Both the position numbers and the translations under genes were made by a program. Source: Octopus sinensis (taxonomy: Eukaryota). From it: DNA of 64,000 nucleotides. This document shows, piece after piece, positions 39,436 through 53,020 of this stretch. The notes beneath the pieces were generated by a model. That model made no database searches. It was not told the origin of the DNA and worked only from the letters and a program-made list of their open reading frames with translations. Numbering within the stretch: position 1 is the stretch's first letter; each line of letters begins with the position of its first letter. The DNA is taken from assembly GCF_006345805.1 (NCBI RefSeq), contig NC_042999.1:165726001-165790000 (forward strand). The letters are read 5' to 3'.

Positions 39436-40592
39436 GCCAATCAGGCTGTCATGAAGTTTCCTGTGAGGGTGAATTCATGCTGCCTCGCATCTTCAAACAG
39501 GGCCTTACACTCAATTCGGACATCTACATGTTAAAATATTGAAGGTGCTTGTGTATCTTTTACACATCCAATAAGTTTAGACTTGTGGGATCTCAGCGTT
39601 CAACATCCCAAGTAAGAATTAAGTGATTTACAGCTGCTTTTAGACAGTAGCACTTAGGGAGCTAGGGAAACCCACGTTCTAGACAATGAGGAAGGGTTTG
39701 AGGAGCAGCAACCTCTCTTTAATCTTTAGAGTGGTTACCTGTATTGTAGTTGTGTTGGAGTTGGAGGAGCAGCTATGCTTCAATTGTCTGCTTCATTATG
39801 TGAACATTGTTCGAAAATAATTGTTCAAAAAATTCAAATGGAAAATTGTATGAATGAAAATTATTCAAAAGGACAATTATACGAAATGTTAATCTCAATT
39901 TTTTATTTTATTTAAACAAAAATGATAAAATTAAAAATCAAGTACACAAATGATATTTATTTTGAATAACTTATTTTCAAATAATTGTTTCTGAATAATT
40001 GTTTTCAAACAATTTTTCATCACTTTGTCTTAGTGGTATGAGTAAGCACTCTGATTTTAATATTTAAAAATGTATTCTCTCTTTGAAACACTGAATCTAC
40101 GAATGTTGGTTAAGTGCCGTTAATGTGATATGAACCTATTGTGTGAGATATTCTTAAATTATGATAATTCTCTTCAAGTAGAAACAAATAAAAATGTCTC
40201 CACTTTTGCTACAAAACTTCTAAGTAGGATTGGTTTTGCTATGATACTAGAATCACATTTGCAGAAGAAAATAATTTTCACACATCAATCAATAAGACTT
40301 AAATGTCAATTTGGTGAAAAGGTGAAGATAACAAAAATTACAACTAGGAATAAGAAGTATTTAAGATGTGATTATTGATAGTAACTGGGATATTATTGTT
40401 AAATGTTACAAATCACTTGTTTAACATTACCTACACCACTGTATATAATATTGCAGGTAAGATCTATTTCAGTCATTTCTTTTTTACATTATTTACATTT
40501 CATGAATATTTGTCCTCATCTTGTTTGTATTAGGGAAGGATAGGAAAATATTAGATTTATAAGCCCTAAGAATTCACTCTATAATTGCCCAC

Positions 40593-40822
40593 GGGCATAT
40601 GGTGTAGTGGTTAAGAGTTCAATTCCAGGCAGTAACCTGAATAATAATAATAATGATAATATCGAAAAATACCTTGGGAATTTCAAAATTTCCCCAAGAG
40701 ACCTGATGAAGGCTGGAGGATATATCAGCTGAAACATTAAGAAAAAGTGCTAACAACAAACAAGATGAGGTCAAATGTGAATAATGTACATAATTCCTCA
40801 TCTCTTTAATATAGAAGTGTAT
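40593..40822 (+). mobile_element. tRNA-headed SINE whose tail contains a hammerhead-like motif
   Basis: A box tggtgtagtgg (40600-10) and B box gttcaattcc (40617-26), with a collapsed spacer. (aat)n follows, then CUGAUGA (40703-09), stem ggctg/cagct and GAAA (40731-34). Stem III/I is disrupted in this copy. Confidence 0.6.
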
Positions 40823-41809
40823 TTAATGATAGAAACAGTAATCAGAAATCTCATTGAAAATGAATTTCTACAACAACCTTGGTAGTTTAGTATCTCATGG
40901 AATAATGTTCTCATGATAGGAAGCTTAAATGTGATGAGAAGTATTAACATTCATGATGTTCTCTTGTGAATCATGACATCAGATAAAGTCATTGTGTAAC
41001 AAAAATGGAAGGAAGAAAAAGAAATTGGGATAAATGTCATCCAAAATGCAGTGAAGAATCTTTCTCTAAAAGGTTGAGCAAAGACACGGAATAGCAAAAT
41101 CATCTTGACAGTGCACGACTTGCAGATCACACAGATTGCTATGAAGAATATCATTTATAGCGCCTTGAGAAGATGATCAGAATGGGTACATGAGAATACT
41201 TCAAATACAAAGGACTTAGTCCAAAAGAACGACAATGTAGAAGTGTGATGTCAGCTGTTTGTAAATATATCCACAATATTCTACTTGACTAACATTGATC
41301 ACAAGGAGGACAGAAGAGCAGTGATTTCACAAACCACAGAGAGAAGTAGAGAATGTTTGATCATGGATATATTGCAAGATGCTGAAATTTCTAAGATCTC
41401 CAGTTATTAGCTGATACATGGAAGACAAAATCACAAAGTCAAATTTGTATATAGTCAAAGAGGTAGTTGCCATTCGTTGCTAATTATTGTGAAAATACTA
41501 GATGGCCCTGAAGCAGAACCTAGCTTTTACCACCATTGCCCTCATCTTGTCAAAAGTGAAGTCAGCAATGTTGAAGGGGATGCGGAGTTTGAGCATTGAC
41601 AATCTCCTAACGGAATGTCTCTTCTGGGGTCACCATGCACTGCTGCCATTCTGCCCTCTACCCCTTCTTTCAAACATATTAACCTCCCACTTTTTGGCTT
41701 TCCAAGGAGGTCAGCTGTGAACTGGAAGAGGTTGTTAAGAAAAGCCTTCCTTTACCTCTTCTCTATTTCTCCCTCTCTCTCTCTCAACACAAACACATAT
41801 ATACAAATG

Positions 41810-42780
41810 GCTTCCACAAAGTTTTCATATACAAAATTCACTCACATAGCATTGATTAGCTCAGGACTACAGTAAAAGACTTTTGTTCCAAGTGCTGCAC
41901 AGTGGGACTGAACCCAAAGCCACATGGTTGTGAAACAAACTCCTCAACCACATAGCCATATCTAGGCTAAGGCATGGCTATATGGTAAGAAGCTTGCTTC
42001 CCAACCACATGGTTCCAGGTTCAGTCCCACTGCTTGGCACTTTGGGCAAGTGCCTTCTATTATAGCCTCGAGCTAACCAAAACCTTGTAAGTGGGTTTGG
42101 TTGATGGAAACTAAAAGAAGCCCATCATATAGAAATATATATGTATATTCTTTTATTTGTTTCAGTCATTTGACTGTGGCTATGCTGGAGCACCGCCTTT
42201 AATCGAGCAACTCAACCCCAGGACTTATTCTTTGTAAGCCCAGTACTTATTCTATTAGTCTGTTTTGCCAAACCACTAAGTTTCGGGGAGGTAAACACCA
42301 ACATCAGCTGTCAAACGATGGTGGAGGGATAAACACAGACATATATATATATATGATAGGCTTCTTGCATTTTCCATCTACCAAATCCACTGAAAAGGCT
42401 TTGGTTGGCCTGAGGCTATAGTAGAAGACACTTGCTCAAGGTATCACACAGTAGAAGCTTGCTTCCCAGCCACCTAGAACCATGTGGTCGAGAAGCAGGC
42501 TTCTTACCACACAGCCACTCTTACACCGATATATATCTATGTGTGTGTCTTTGTGTCTGTATTTGTCTCCACCACCACCACCACCATGGCTTGACAACCG
42601 ATGTTGGTGTGTTTATGTCCCTGTAACTTAGCAGTTCAGCAATAAGAGACTGATAGAATAGGTACTAGGTTTTTTAAAAAATAAGCCCTATGGTTGATTT
42701 GTTCAACGAAAACCCTTCAAAAGGCGGTGCTCCAGCATGGTCGCAATCAAATGGCTGAAACAAGTAGAAGAATAAAAGAA
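41810..42780. mobile_element. Cluster of four family A SINE pieces in alternating orientation
   Basis: Approximate pieces: 41810-41960 (-), 41965-42125 (+), 42150-42520 (-), 42530-42780 (+). Confidence 0.75.
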
Positions 42781-43267
42781 TACCTTGAATTTTTTTTTTC
42801 ACTTTATGAACGAAGCATGTCAAAAATATTTCCATCTGCTGTTAAGTTTATCCAAATAAAATTTGTTTAAAAAAAGCTGATCTTTTTCTTTTGAGGTCAC
42901 TGAGTGATAAGGAAATACCAGTAACAAAATAGAAGCGATTAGAGAGAGAGCACAAAAGGTGGGGAAAGAAAAGGAAAAGAGAAATAAGTAAACATCAGAG
43001 GAATGCTGTGGATGACTTACCTGTCCTACAACACTACACCTGCTTCAACAGAGAGGGAGAGAGGGGGTGAGAGAGAAAAAGAAAATATGTTTTTGTGGTG
43101 GGTGGGGTGTAGGGTGAAAGTTCAACATCCAGTGTAAGCAAACTTTAGTTATTTTCTTTTTTAGCAACTTATATAAAACCCCGCTTGCGACCATATTTTT
43201 ATTGAAATACACTTTCCCTTGTTTGGGCTCTGAACTACTGTTGGAGTTGAGGGAGCACCTTCATGAT

Positions 43268-43965
43268 ATAATAATAATAATAATGAAATTATTGTATACA
43301 GTGCTCAGGTGCACCACAACTTGTCAGAAAGTGCATATAAAGTACATGCAGTAATGTAAAAATGTCTGGAAAGCGAACAATGTATGAGTCAGATACATGC
43401 CTGTGTGTGTATGGAGGGGAGAAAATCAGGTGTAGTGTTGACGAATCTCAGAAAGCATGGAAGTTTTGAAGGATGCAGTGCTCCGACAACTAACAATCGA
43501 TGCCGGCAGTTTGTTCCATGCTTCAGCAACTCTCAGCGTGAAAAAATGTTTCCTGAAGTCATGGGAGCTGTGCTGTTTTCTTACTTTGTAAATATGTCCA
43601 CGGGTGTTAGATGGGTGGAGTTTGAAGAGGTGCTCAGAGTTATTGTTTGTGTGATGGTTGATAATTTTATGGGTGTCTGCCAAGTCAGCTGCCAGACGTC
43701 GGAGTTTCAATGTGTCCATGCCCAGGGAAGTAAGGCGTTCAGGATATGGCAAATGCCTGATGGAGGGTATTGTTTTGGTTGCACGTCGCTGAACAGCTTC
43801 CAGACGATTGATGTCCTGGGCAAGATAGGGGTTCCAGACCGGTGATGCAAATTCCAGGTGAGGTCTTACCATAGCTATATAAAGCCGCAGATAGATAGCC
43901 GGAGAGCGGCTCATAAAGGATTTGGTGAGTGATGCCAAGACACCCTCAGCCTTCTTAGCATTTTA
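43268..43965 (-). mobile_element. CR1-clade LINE 3' fragment
   Basis: LYIAMVRPHLEFASPVWNPYLAQDINRLEAVQRRATK..ERL..L..L..RR..TRGH..RKHFFTLRVAEAWNKLP is a CR1 ORF2 C-terminus. (ATT)n tail. Confidence 0.92.
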
Positions 43966-44147
43966 ACCCTAGCAGAGCCCATCCCTCTCTAAGTCTTAAT
44001 CCAGCCAATTTCTTATACATACAAACATATACACACAGATAAATAGATAAAATAGATGAGCGAGATAGACAGACAGACAGGCAGGCAGGCAGACAGGCAG
44101 ACAGACAGGCAGATAGGCAGACAGACAAACAGATAGATAGATAGATA

Positions 44148-45362
44148 AGTTTCTTTATTGGCCACACAGGGCTGCACACAGATGGGACAAGTTACAAGGT
44201 AGAGCTTTTCTTTTGGGGGATGAAAAAAACAAAAAACAAAAAACAAAAGAAACAAAAAAAAAGGTGGCGTAGGTTTTCAATCAAAAGGGATCGTAAAAGG
44301 GAAAAAAAGAACAAAAAATAAAAAAAGGAAAAGGAACAAAAGAAAAGAAATGAAAAAAAGAAGAAAAAAGGGGGGAAAAAAGAAGAAAGGGGGGGAAGAA
44401 GAAAAAAAACGATCAATAGGGATCGTGTATCACAGTGTTATGATGTATGGTGTAAAGGGGAAAGCAAGTAAGGTTTATCCGTGGGAAGAAAAGCCTACGA
44501 AAAAGACCACGGTAACCTTGGTCAATATTGTTATATGTTACCACATTTGTTTGCAAGTGGGTAACACTCTGTTTTCAATTTCTGGGTTCATAGGATTATG
44601 CTCAAGGTGGCTTCGTCATTCATACATGCCATCCTTGCTACATTCGCTAGACAAAACTTGCCTCTCTACTCTCACTTTCCTTTTCAAGTGGTACTTGAAG
44701 AAGTTGATGAGAGATTGACCAGAGAGGAAAGTGTTTGTCTTCAATCCTTTCAGACACGTCCACCAGATACATTCTTTCGCCATAGCCACAAGGATGATGA
44801 AAATAGCTCTTCCTTCACGTTTGAAGGAAGGAGGCATGACAATATTGACGATAGACTCAGCTGATAAACTGACTCATCTCACACGTGACAGCAGTTGTTC
44901 GACATAAGCCCACAGGTCGGAAATTGTTGGACACTGCACAAGTGCGTGCAGAACAGTTTCGTCGCTCTGACCGCATCTCGGGCAGGTCGGCCCCGTGTTT
45001 CTCGAGCCATGCCTATAGAGCTTATCCCGAATGAGTAGCGCTTCTCGGTAGCACTGCCAGGCCAGGGATCTCTGGAAGTTGTCCATGGGCCCTGGCCCGA
45101 AAGTCGTCCCAAACAGGCGGGTCAGGTATTCCTCGTCGATGTCCAGGTTCGCCCCAAGCTCGTCGTCGTACCTCCCCTCCACTAATCCCCTATAGAATGC
45201 TTTGGTTGTGATGAAGTGACTCAAGGTCGACCCAGGACGGCAGCGTTGCTTGAGAGCAACGTGGCTCTCGCGGTGCCATTCACCCTTCCTCGGCCTCTTT
45301 TTGATCCACGACTGCAGTTCGGTCATGGAGACGAGCTGCGGGAAAGCGTGCCTCACAAATGG
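44148..45362 (-). mobile_element. Tx1/L1-clade LINE 3' fragment
   Basis: WQCYREAL..TCPRCGQSDETVLHALVQC..LW (zf-RVT CCHC), continuing as MPPSFKREG..KECIWW. T-rich 3' UTR, AATAAA, then (TATC)n. Confidence 0.85.
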
Positions 45363-45399
45363 CGAATTGACCCCGGAACTTTAAAAAAAATTTTTTTAA

Positions 45400-45690
45400 A
45401 CCTGGTATTTATTCTATTAGTTTCTTTTGCTGAACTGCTAAGTTTCAGGGACATAAACACACCAATACTGGTTGTTGTTAAGCTGTGGTGGGGGACAAAC
45501 ACAGATATGCACACATGCACATATAGACATGATGGGCTTCATTCAGTTTCCATCTACCAAATCTACTCACAAGGCTTTGGTCAGTCCAAGGCTATAAGTA
45601 AAAGACACTTGTGCAAGATGCCACACAGTGGGACTGAACCCAGAACCATGTAGTTGGTAAGTAAAGCTTCTTACCATAAAGCCACTCCAG
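45400..45690 (-). mobile_element. SINE family A (degenerate)
   Basis: ttctattagtttcttttgctgaac..gtgggactgaacccagaaccatg..cttaccataaagccact. Confidence 0.75.
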
Positions 45691-46452
45691 TACCTATGAT
45701 TAGATTAATTTTACAAATAATCAAGGATTTAGAAGGATTTTAGTAAAATAACCTTCACTTAACTGGAACCCCATTGGCTTATGGTGATGAATGTTCCACT
45801 CAATCCAATCAACAGAACAGCCTGCTTGTGAAATGAATATGCAAGTGGCTGAATGCTCCACAAACACACATGCACTGGTTCTCCAGAAGATTCAATGCAA
45901 CACAGAATGCAACAATGCTGGGTCTTCTGGATACAGGAACTACTCATTGGTGCCAGCTAAGTTAACTGGAGCAAAGATGAAATAAAATGTCTTGCTAAAG
46001 GACACAACACACCGCAGTGAATTGAACTCGCAATTTTATGATCATGAGCCAAATGTCCAACCAAGTAAGCCACACGCCTTTACACTAAAATAACCAAGAT
46101 GGTTATTAATAAGCAGAGGTTTGGAACATATTTTAACAAAACGAAAGGTTCTCAGATAAAATGGTTTGGGATGGTTTTAATTTAAACATCAACATTTTAA
46201 ACCAGGAGGTTTTATATCATAAAATGAGAGGCTGACTCAAGTGACTGGTACTGAGATGATTGAATATTAAGTGTGGCTTGATTTTGTTTGACATGTCATT
46301 ATATGACAAATCAGCTACAAGCTGAGATATAAATTGCAGAAATATATTCACTCAAATAGGTCAAAGATGTTCTCTCAGGACAGGGAACAAAAGCAAGACT
46401 ACTGAGACAAATTCATTATAAAAATATTTATTTAATGAATGAATTTCAATGT

Positions 46453-46520
<68 letters not shown>

Positions 46521-46525
<5 letters not shown>

Positions 46526-48200
46526 TATTAATCTTAGGGAAGTTATTTCCGAGTCCACTGAGGAGACAAGTTCAATTTAGTGGTACTAAAATGAATTACT
46601 CACTGTATTATATACATATAAATAGATAGGTTTAAGAGACAGAATCGCCCTCAAGCAACTCAATCATCATTGAATGACATTATCCACAATAGGTACATAT
46701 TGGACTAAATATTAAAATTATCAAAATTAATACCTACAATTCTTATTCCAAATTATCAAAATTAATACCTTCAATTCTTATTACAAATCATATAATTTAC
46801 ATTATCTTGACTACGCACATTTCATGACAACATATTCCTCAATATTACTGAAATAGAATGTCTCTATACAATACCATATTAAATCAGTTATATTGCCAAT
46901 CTTCAGGTCTATCTTATATGAACTTATTTTGCTATTTACATCATATATTAAGACATGACAAACTAAAATTATATAACTAGAAGTCGTTGGAATAATTTTA
47001 CTTTAGTAAATAATGAACAGCAATGTGGAATAAAAGTAGGAAAAAGAAATGTTAGTAAAAAGAAATGTTAACTTATCTGTATGGTAATTTTCTCTCCATG
47101 AATTAAACATGGCTACCATCAATTGTATAATCCAACATTGAGAGCTACTTTGTAGGGGAGATAATTCTTATTAACATTTAAAAGTTCTTAAAAGGTATTT
47201 TCTATTATTTATAATAATAATAAATCAGGAGAAGCCAGAAGTTAGTGTATGATGGGAATTGTCTAATTTTTTTTCCTGGTTAATTCAATTTATTTTTATG
47301 TTAACTTTGATAAATAAAATTTCTAGGTTGGTAAATAGGTAAACTAAATTACTCAACATATATTTTTAAATAATTAAAAATATTTTGAACTAAGTAAAAG
47401 ACAGTAAAATTAGTAAAAATCAGTAAAAATCTAATTTTTTATTATTTTTATAATTATAATGCAATTGATATATATTCATTATACTATTATCCATAAAATT
47501 GACGTTATTCTTAAACTTGATTTCTAAATTAAGATTAAATGTTTAGAATAATACCATCTGATATTATACTATAGATTTTTATTAAGAAACTAAAATATCT
47601 GAAATTAGAAGTTAATTAAATATTATCTTACATTTATATATAAATAAGTAGATATATTCTAGTTATACTAAATAATAAAAACATATGATTATACCTTATA
47701 TCTAATTATTATGATTAAATTTTATTTGATTTAAAATTAGGGTTTTATTTATCTTCTAAAGAATCAAACGTTATCTTATTAAATAGGCAATTCAGTTTGT
47801 GTTTACATTTAATTTTTCGTTCATCCTGGTGTTGATTGGTCTAGATGAGATGCAGTTTGATTTTTGTGCCAGATAGAAGCACCACTGATACTATATTTCT
47901 GGTAAGGCAGCTTCAGGGGTGCAGGACAACTCCACACTGCCAACTTAACACCACAACTCAACACCAAGGCAACTCAACACCAGGAAAATTGATTAATAAA
48001 TAATTTATTAATTTTTTAACTTTATTCATTTGATAACATTATCAAGTATTTATAAAAGATTGATTTAATACATGACATAAATTTTATATTTCAAATAAAA
48101 GTAATTGAGAAACTTTACATTTTAAATACAAGACTAAAATTTAAATGAGAATTTACTGAAAGTTGTCTGCAATTCTATGGGAGATCGTTCTGGGTGTGAA
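46521..48200 (+). pseudogene. Probable ancient NUMT (nad4 3' half then nad5 5' part), heavily degraded
   Basis: Very AT-rich. Collinear ND4-like motifs: SSGL..LFC (46900), W*FSLHELNMA (47082; same W-to-N spacing as WWFLLxxxNMA), VGEIILINI (47152), GIV*FF..SIYFY (47255). ND5-like LGFYL (47737) and a GWDGLG-like nucleotide match (48180-48194). The order fits molluscan nad4-trnH-nad5. Confidence 0.5.
47838..47917 (+). mobile_element. 80-bp internal RTE RT fragment
   Basis: ctagatgagatgcagttt..agaagcaccactgatactatatttctggtaaggcagcttcagg matches 18612-18690. Confidence 0.8.
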
Positions 48201-48495
48201 GAAAAATTCATATATGTAAGCTACCCAGGTGCACTTTTCTCTGGCTTTCACCTCTTATGTTATCTCTTTTTCTCCTCTTCCCTTGACATTTCTCTTTGTA
48301 TATGACAAAGGACCATTGTCAGAAACGATATACTTTTTATCTTATAGCTTTTTACATTTTTTGAGCATCAACCTAATAATATTAATTGTGAACATTACCA
48401 GGACTTTTGATGTCTTTTGTGTTTGATTTTGTTTCTTTATTATTTTTGATTTGCTCTGCTTGTGTGCATGTGTGTGTGTGTGTCTGTGTGTGTGC

Positions 48496-48529
<34 letters not shown>

Positions 48530-49444
48530 ATGTGTATATTTATATATGTGTGTGTGTGTGTATGTATATGAGTGTTTGTGTGTGTGTGTGTCTATGTGTA
48601 TATTTATATATGTGTGTGTGTGTGTATGTATATGAGTGTTTGTGTGTGTGTACACGTGTGCATGTACACATGCATGTATGTGTCTCTAAACACAACTGTT
48701 TAAAAATACAAATGTATATATCTGTTATGTTGTATATTTATCATATCAAATCCATAGCCACTGTTCCTTGATGTTATTTAGTTGCTTTCTTCACAGACTT
48801 CCCTAAAGTTCTTTTACCAGTGATGGTGATAGTGATGGTGTCCAAGCTAGAGTTAGAATGTTATGCATCACACAACCAAACTTTTTCCTTTTTTTTTTTT
48901 CTAATAGTTGACATATGAATTTCATGGTTTGTAGGTTTTGCCAATAATTTCTTTCGGAATACTTTCAATAGTCTGTATATGGAATGATAAGCATTTTCTA
49001 TAACATTTCACTTCAAAGGCCATGATCTTTTTTACACTTTCAGTACCAAATGTTTAGTATTCACAACCTACCAAGTGCAGCTGAAATTACTGTTACTCTT
49101 TAAAAATCAATTTTTGTTATTGTAATTATTTTTTTCCCCCATGACTGGTATAAAACTCAGTAATGTTAAAATGCAGGGTTAAGTAACTATAATACATCTG
49201 GTGAGTTGTATTTGGAAAGAATAACTGTTTGTTATATTCTAAATTCTCCTAACACAATTGCAGCATTGAAGACACATGTCTGCCATTCAAAAACTCCCGG
49301 CAAACTATGGCCTGATTACTGACATGGTTACACTCCAATGTATCCTTGCCAGTGACCAAGTCACAATTTGTGCAACAAAAACTTTAACACATAACAAATA
49401 ATAAATGATTAAATGAAGTTAATAGCCTTTGTGTGTTTTTTAAA

Positions 49445-49680
49445 GGCGTTGGTATGTGGCTTAGTGGTTAGGGTATTCGGCTCATGATCGTAAGGTTATG
49501 AGTTCGGTTCGCAGCAATGTGTTGTGTCCTTGAGTAAGACACTTTATTTCACTTTGCTCCAGCTGGCAAAAATGAGTAGTACTTTTAATTCAAAGGGCTA
49601 GCCTTGTTGCATTGTGTCGTACTGAATCTCTCTGAGAACTGCCTTAAGAATATGCGCGTCTCAGCCACTTGCATGTTTGT
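49445..49680 (+). mobile_element. tRNA-derived SINE, family C
   Basis: gtggcttagtggttaggg (A box), gagttcggttc (B box), gtccttgagtaagacacttt core. Inverted relatives at ~45790-46080 and ~53360-53585. Confidence 0.7.
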
Positions 49681-49959
49681 TGACTGTATGCTGCAATCAT
49701 CTTAGTTTCAGCACAGTTTTACATTAAATCACTTGCATGACAAGTACATCTCTGAAATTTTCATAATATAATTCTCTTATTTTCTTACACATTCACTATC
49801 TGGAGCATATTTCTAATAGGGAACTAATAGTAATAATCTTCAAGAACTGTGTCTACTTGTATAAAATTGTGAATAGTAAGTAGCATAGTGTTTGCAATTG
49901 TCACGTTTAAAGATTTCGAATTAGATGAAATGAAGTACCAGTTATAATATTCCTTTCAA

Positions 49960-50160
49960 ATTTTGGCACAAAGCCAGCAAGTTTAGGGGATGAAGTAAGT
50001 CTATTATATCAACCCCAGTGCTGAACTGGTACTTATTTTATTGACCCTGAAATGATTAAAGTCAACCTTGGCAGAATTTGAACTCAGAACATGAAGACGG
50101 ATGAAATGCTGCTAAGCATTTTGGCCCACATGCTACCAGTTCCACCAGCTTACTGCCTTA
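49960..50160 (-). mobile_element. SINE family B (degenerate)
   Basis: ctggtacttattttattgaccctgaa..ggcagaatttgaactcagaac..ccagcttactgcc. Confidence 0.7.
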
Positions 50161-51263
50161 AAGTACCAATTATAATATTAATACAAATATATCATCATCA
50201 TTGTCTCAATACACACTTTTCCACACTTACATAAGGTCAGAGACAAGTTGTTGAAGTAGATTTTTCTGTGACCAGATGCTCTTCCTGTTGCCAACTCTCA
50301 CCAATTTCCAAGTAAAGTGATATTTCCCCTTGTCCTTCAGACAGTGAGTAGTTCAATGGCTGGACATTCTTTTGCTCAGGATAGTAGGGAAATAACATCA
50401 TTTGTATGACAGTAACTTATGTTTACAATTAGCAAGGACATATCTAAACAGGCAAGGAAAGCACACATACACACTCATTCACATGCTCATGCATATACAA
50501 ATACTGACACACACACATATAAGGCAGTGGCTAAAGTAGAAAACAACAGCCAACAATGACCACAATGGGAGTGAAACCCAAACCATGCAGTTTGAAAGCA
50601 AACTACCTTACTACACAGCCATGCCTGCTTTTATGAAAATATTACATGTATATATTGAAATAAGCTTATTACATATTAACCCTTTAGTATTCAGTTTATT
50701 TATTCACATTGTTTTGAATTAATCATGCATGACCTCACAGCTTAGAGATTTAGATGATGTGATTGTATATTTTTATGGTTATGAGGGACCAGATTTGGGC
50801 TGCTTGAACATAAAACAGGCAGAATATTTGGGCCTGATATGGCCAGAAGATTAAATAATTAAAATAATAATGAAAAATTATTTTTTTTTAAATAAATAAA
50901 TGATGGTAATAATTGTGATTGTTTCTCATTTTGACACAAGGCCAGCAGTTGTGAAGTGGCGGGGGATGTTAGCTGATTACAGTAACTGCAATATTTTAAT
51001 TGATCAACCCCAGAGGGATGTAAAGCAAAGTTGTTCCTAGTGGGATTTGGACACATAACTTAAAGAATTGGCAGAAATATTGCAAGGCATTTGTCTGATA
51101 CCCTCATAATTCTATCAGTTCACTGCCAATAATAATACTGATGACGATGATGATGATGATGATGTCATCATATGCCCAGTAGTTGTAGGAGCATTTGGAG
51201 TACTAATAACTAAGTTTGAAAAGTATGTTGGAAAAATTGGAATTGACATGAGGGTAGAACATG

Positions 51264-51295
<32 letters not shown>

Positions 51296-52756
51296 CCACA
51301 CACACACACAACACACACACACACACACACATGTATGTACTAGCTGAATAGCCCATCGTTACTGGGCAATTTTTACAATAGAGTGTCTTGAATAAATTTT
51401 TGTTTATTCTATGTCAGACCACATGTCAGACCATGTCTTCCCCGACAGATAGGCCTCTTGATCAGGACAGATTTGTGCAATTTTTTGCGAAAAACTTCAT
51501 TAATGATTTTTTTTCCGTTTTGAATTATTTATACGATCGACCATTTCACATGACTTCACTCATTAAAACTTATTAAAACTTCAGCAGTTTTTACAACTTT
51601 GATCGTTGTAATGCTTTGGTTTCGTTTAATAAAAATTCCTCCTCTTAATGATTTTGCTTTCATTTTGTGATAGACAGCTATCATGCAGAAAATGCCAGCT
51701 TCCAAATCCTGTTCTCTGATCAGATAAAATTAATTACTCTTTTGCCCCAACTTTCTCTCACTCTTTCTTCCTGTTTCTTGAGTAACGCTGCAATGGACTG
51801 GTGTCCTGTCCAGCTGGGGGGAACACATACACCATAGAAACCGGGCCCATGAGCCTGGCTAGGCTTGAAAAGGGCGCATAAATAAAATAAATAAAATGCA
51901 TGTATATGGTAATTATAACATAACGAGGCTAATGAAGTTATCAAATGAGTAATTAGTTTTTACCTTATTATTGGTTATGTACTCAAATTTTAAAGGGTAT
52001 GTGTGAGGGCTAATGAATTTGCAATTAATACTTAGGGCTAAGATTAGGATTGTTGTGAAAGATGTCTTACGAATTATTTATATATATTAGCTGGAACAAA
52101 TGATTGAGCTAAATTTGGTGTAGTGGAGTAAGAAACTTTAATGGTGTTCCTACTGAATATGATATATATCCTGCAGATGGAAGAGATTCTAAGTAACCCC
52201 TCAGATGAATTGTATCTGTCATTCAAAGGTCCAACATACTGTATCATGCTGATTCTACTTGAGGATTACATTAATAGTATGAGTATCTGTAGAATAGTCA
52301 GCCACTTTCATACTAATTCAATAAATAGGTAATTCACTCTATCACACGACTGATTCTTTATCACTGAAACTGATGGTGATCCAGTGGTATGGTTGGTGTG
52401 TGTACCACCCTGAACAGCCCATGAGTTTGTCCCACCCCACCCAACCATACATACACCTAGAGGAAATAAGACTATAACAAGCTTATACAGCAGACTTAAA
52501 AATGCCAACCCAGTCAAATAGTCACCTAAGGTAGACTGCTACCCTCACCTCCCACTCAATCTACGCTAATGTGGTGAGCCATTTTTTGTTATATTTCTAA
52601 CCCGTTAATGAAAGAATACAAGAAGATAAATTGAAATACCTTTGATGAAATTAACCTCCAAGAACAAAAATTAAATCAGATTTAAAAGTATGTGATAAAA
52701 GTGAACCACTCTATATCTTACTCAAATGTCTGTATTTTCCTTTCAATGATCATAAT

Positions 52757-53020
52757 CAGTGTTTTTCGACCATTTTTTTTTTTGCCTATGGACCCCTTTG
52801 ATTCTTCTTTTATTCTACTGGACCCCCAATAAACATTTGATGTTTAAAAATGTCCCATTATATGTTTATAATTAAACATTATTAGAAATAGTATTAAAAA
52901 ATTGTTTGAAGAAGTATAGCCAACTTACTGCACATAAATTTTAACAGCAAAATCTTATGTGGACCCCCAAGGGCCATATGGACCCCCAAGGGCCCTGTGA
53001 GCCCTGGTTGAGAAGCAATG
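52757..53020. mobile_element. hAT-type MITE with 8-bp TSD
   Basis: TIRs cagtgtttttcgacc / ggttgagaagcaatg (11/15 match). Flanks atcataat (52749-56) and atcacaat (53021-28). Internal atggacccc repeats. Confidence 0.8.

Noticed and set aside
47070-47830. 16S rRNA-like words (aatccaacattgag, tatctgtatggtaa, tttaatttttcgt)
   Set aside because: Not in the order expected for mitochondrial 16S. The ND4/ND5 reading is more collinear.
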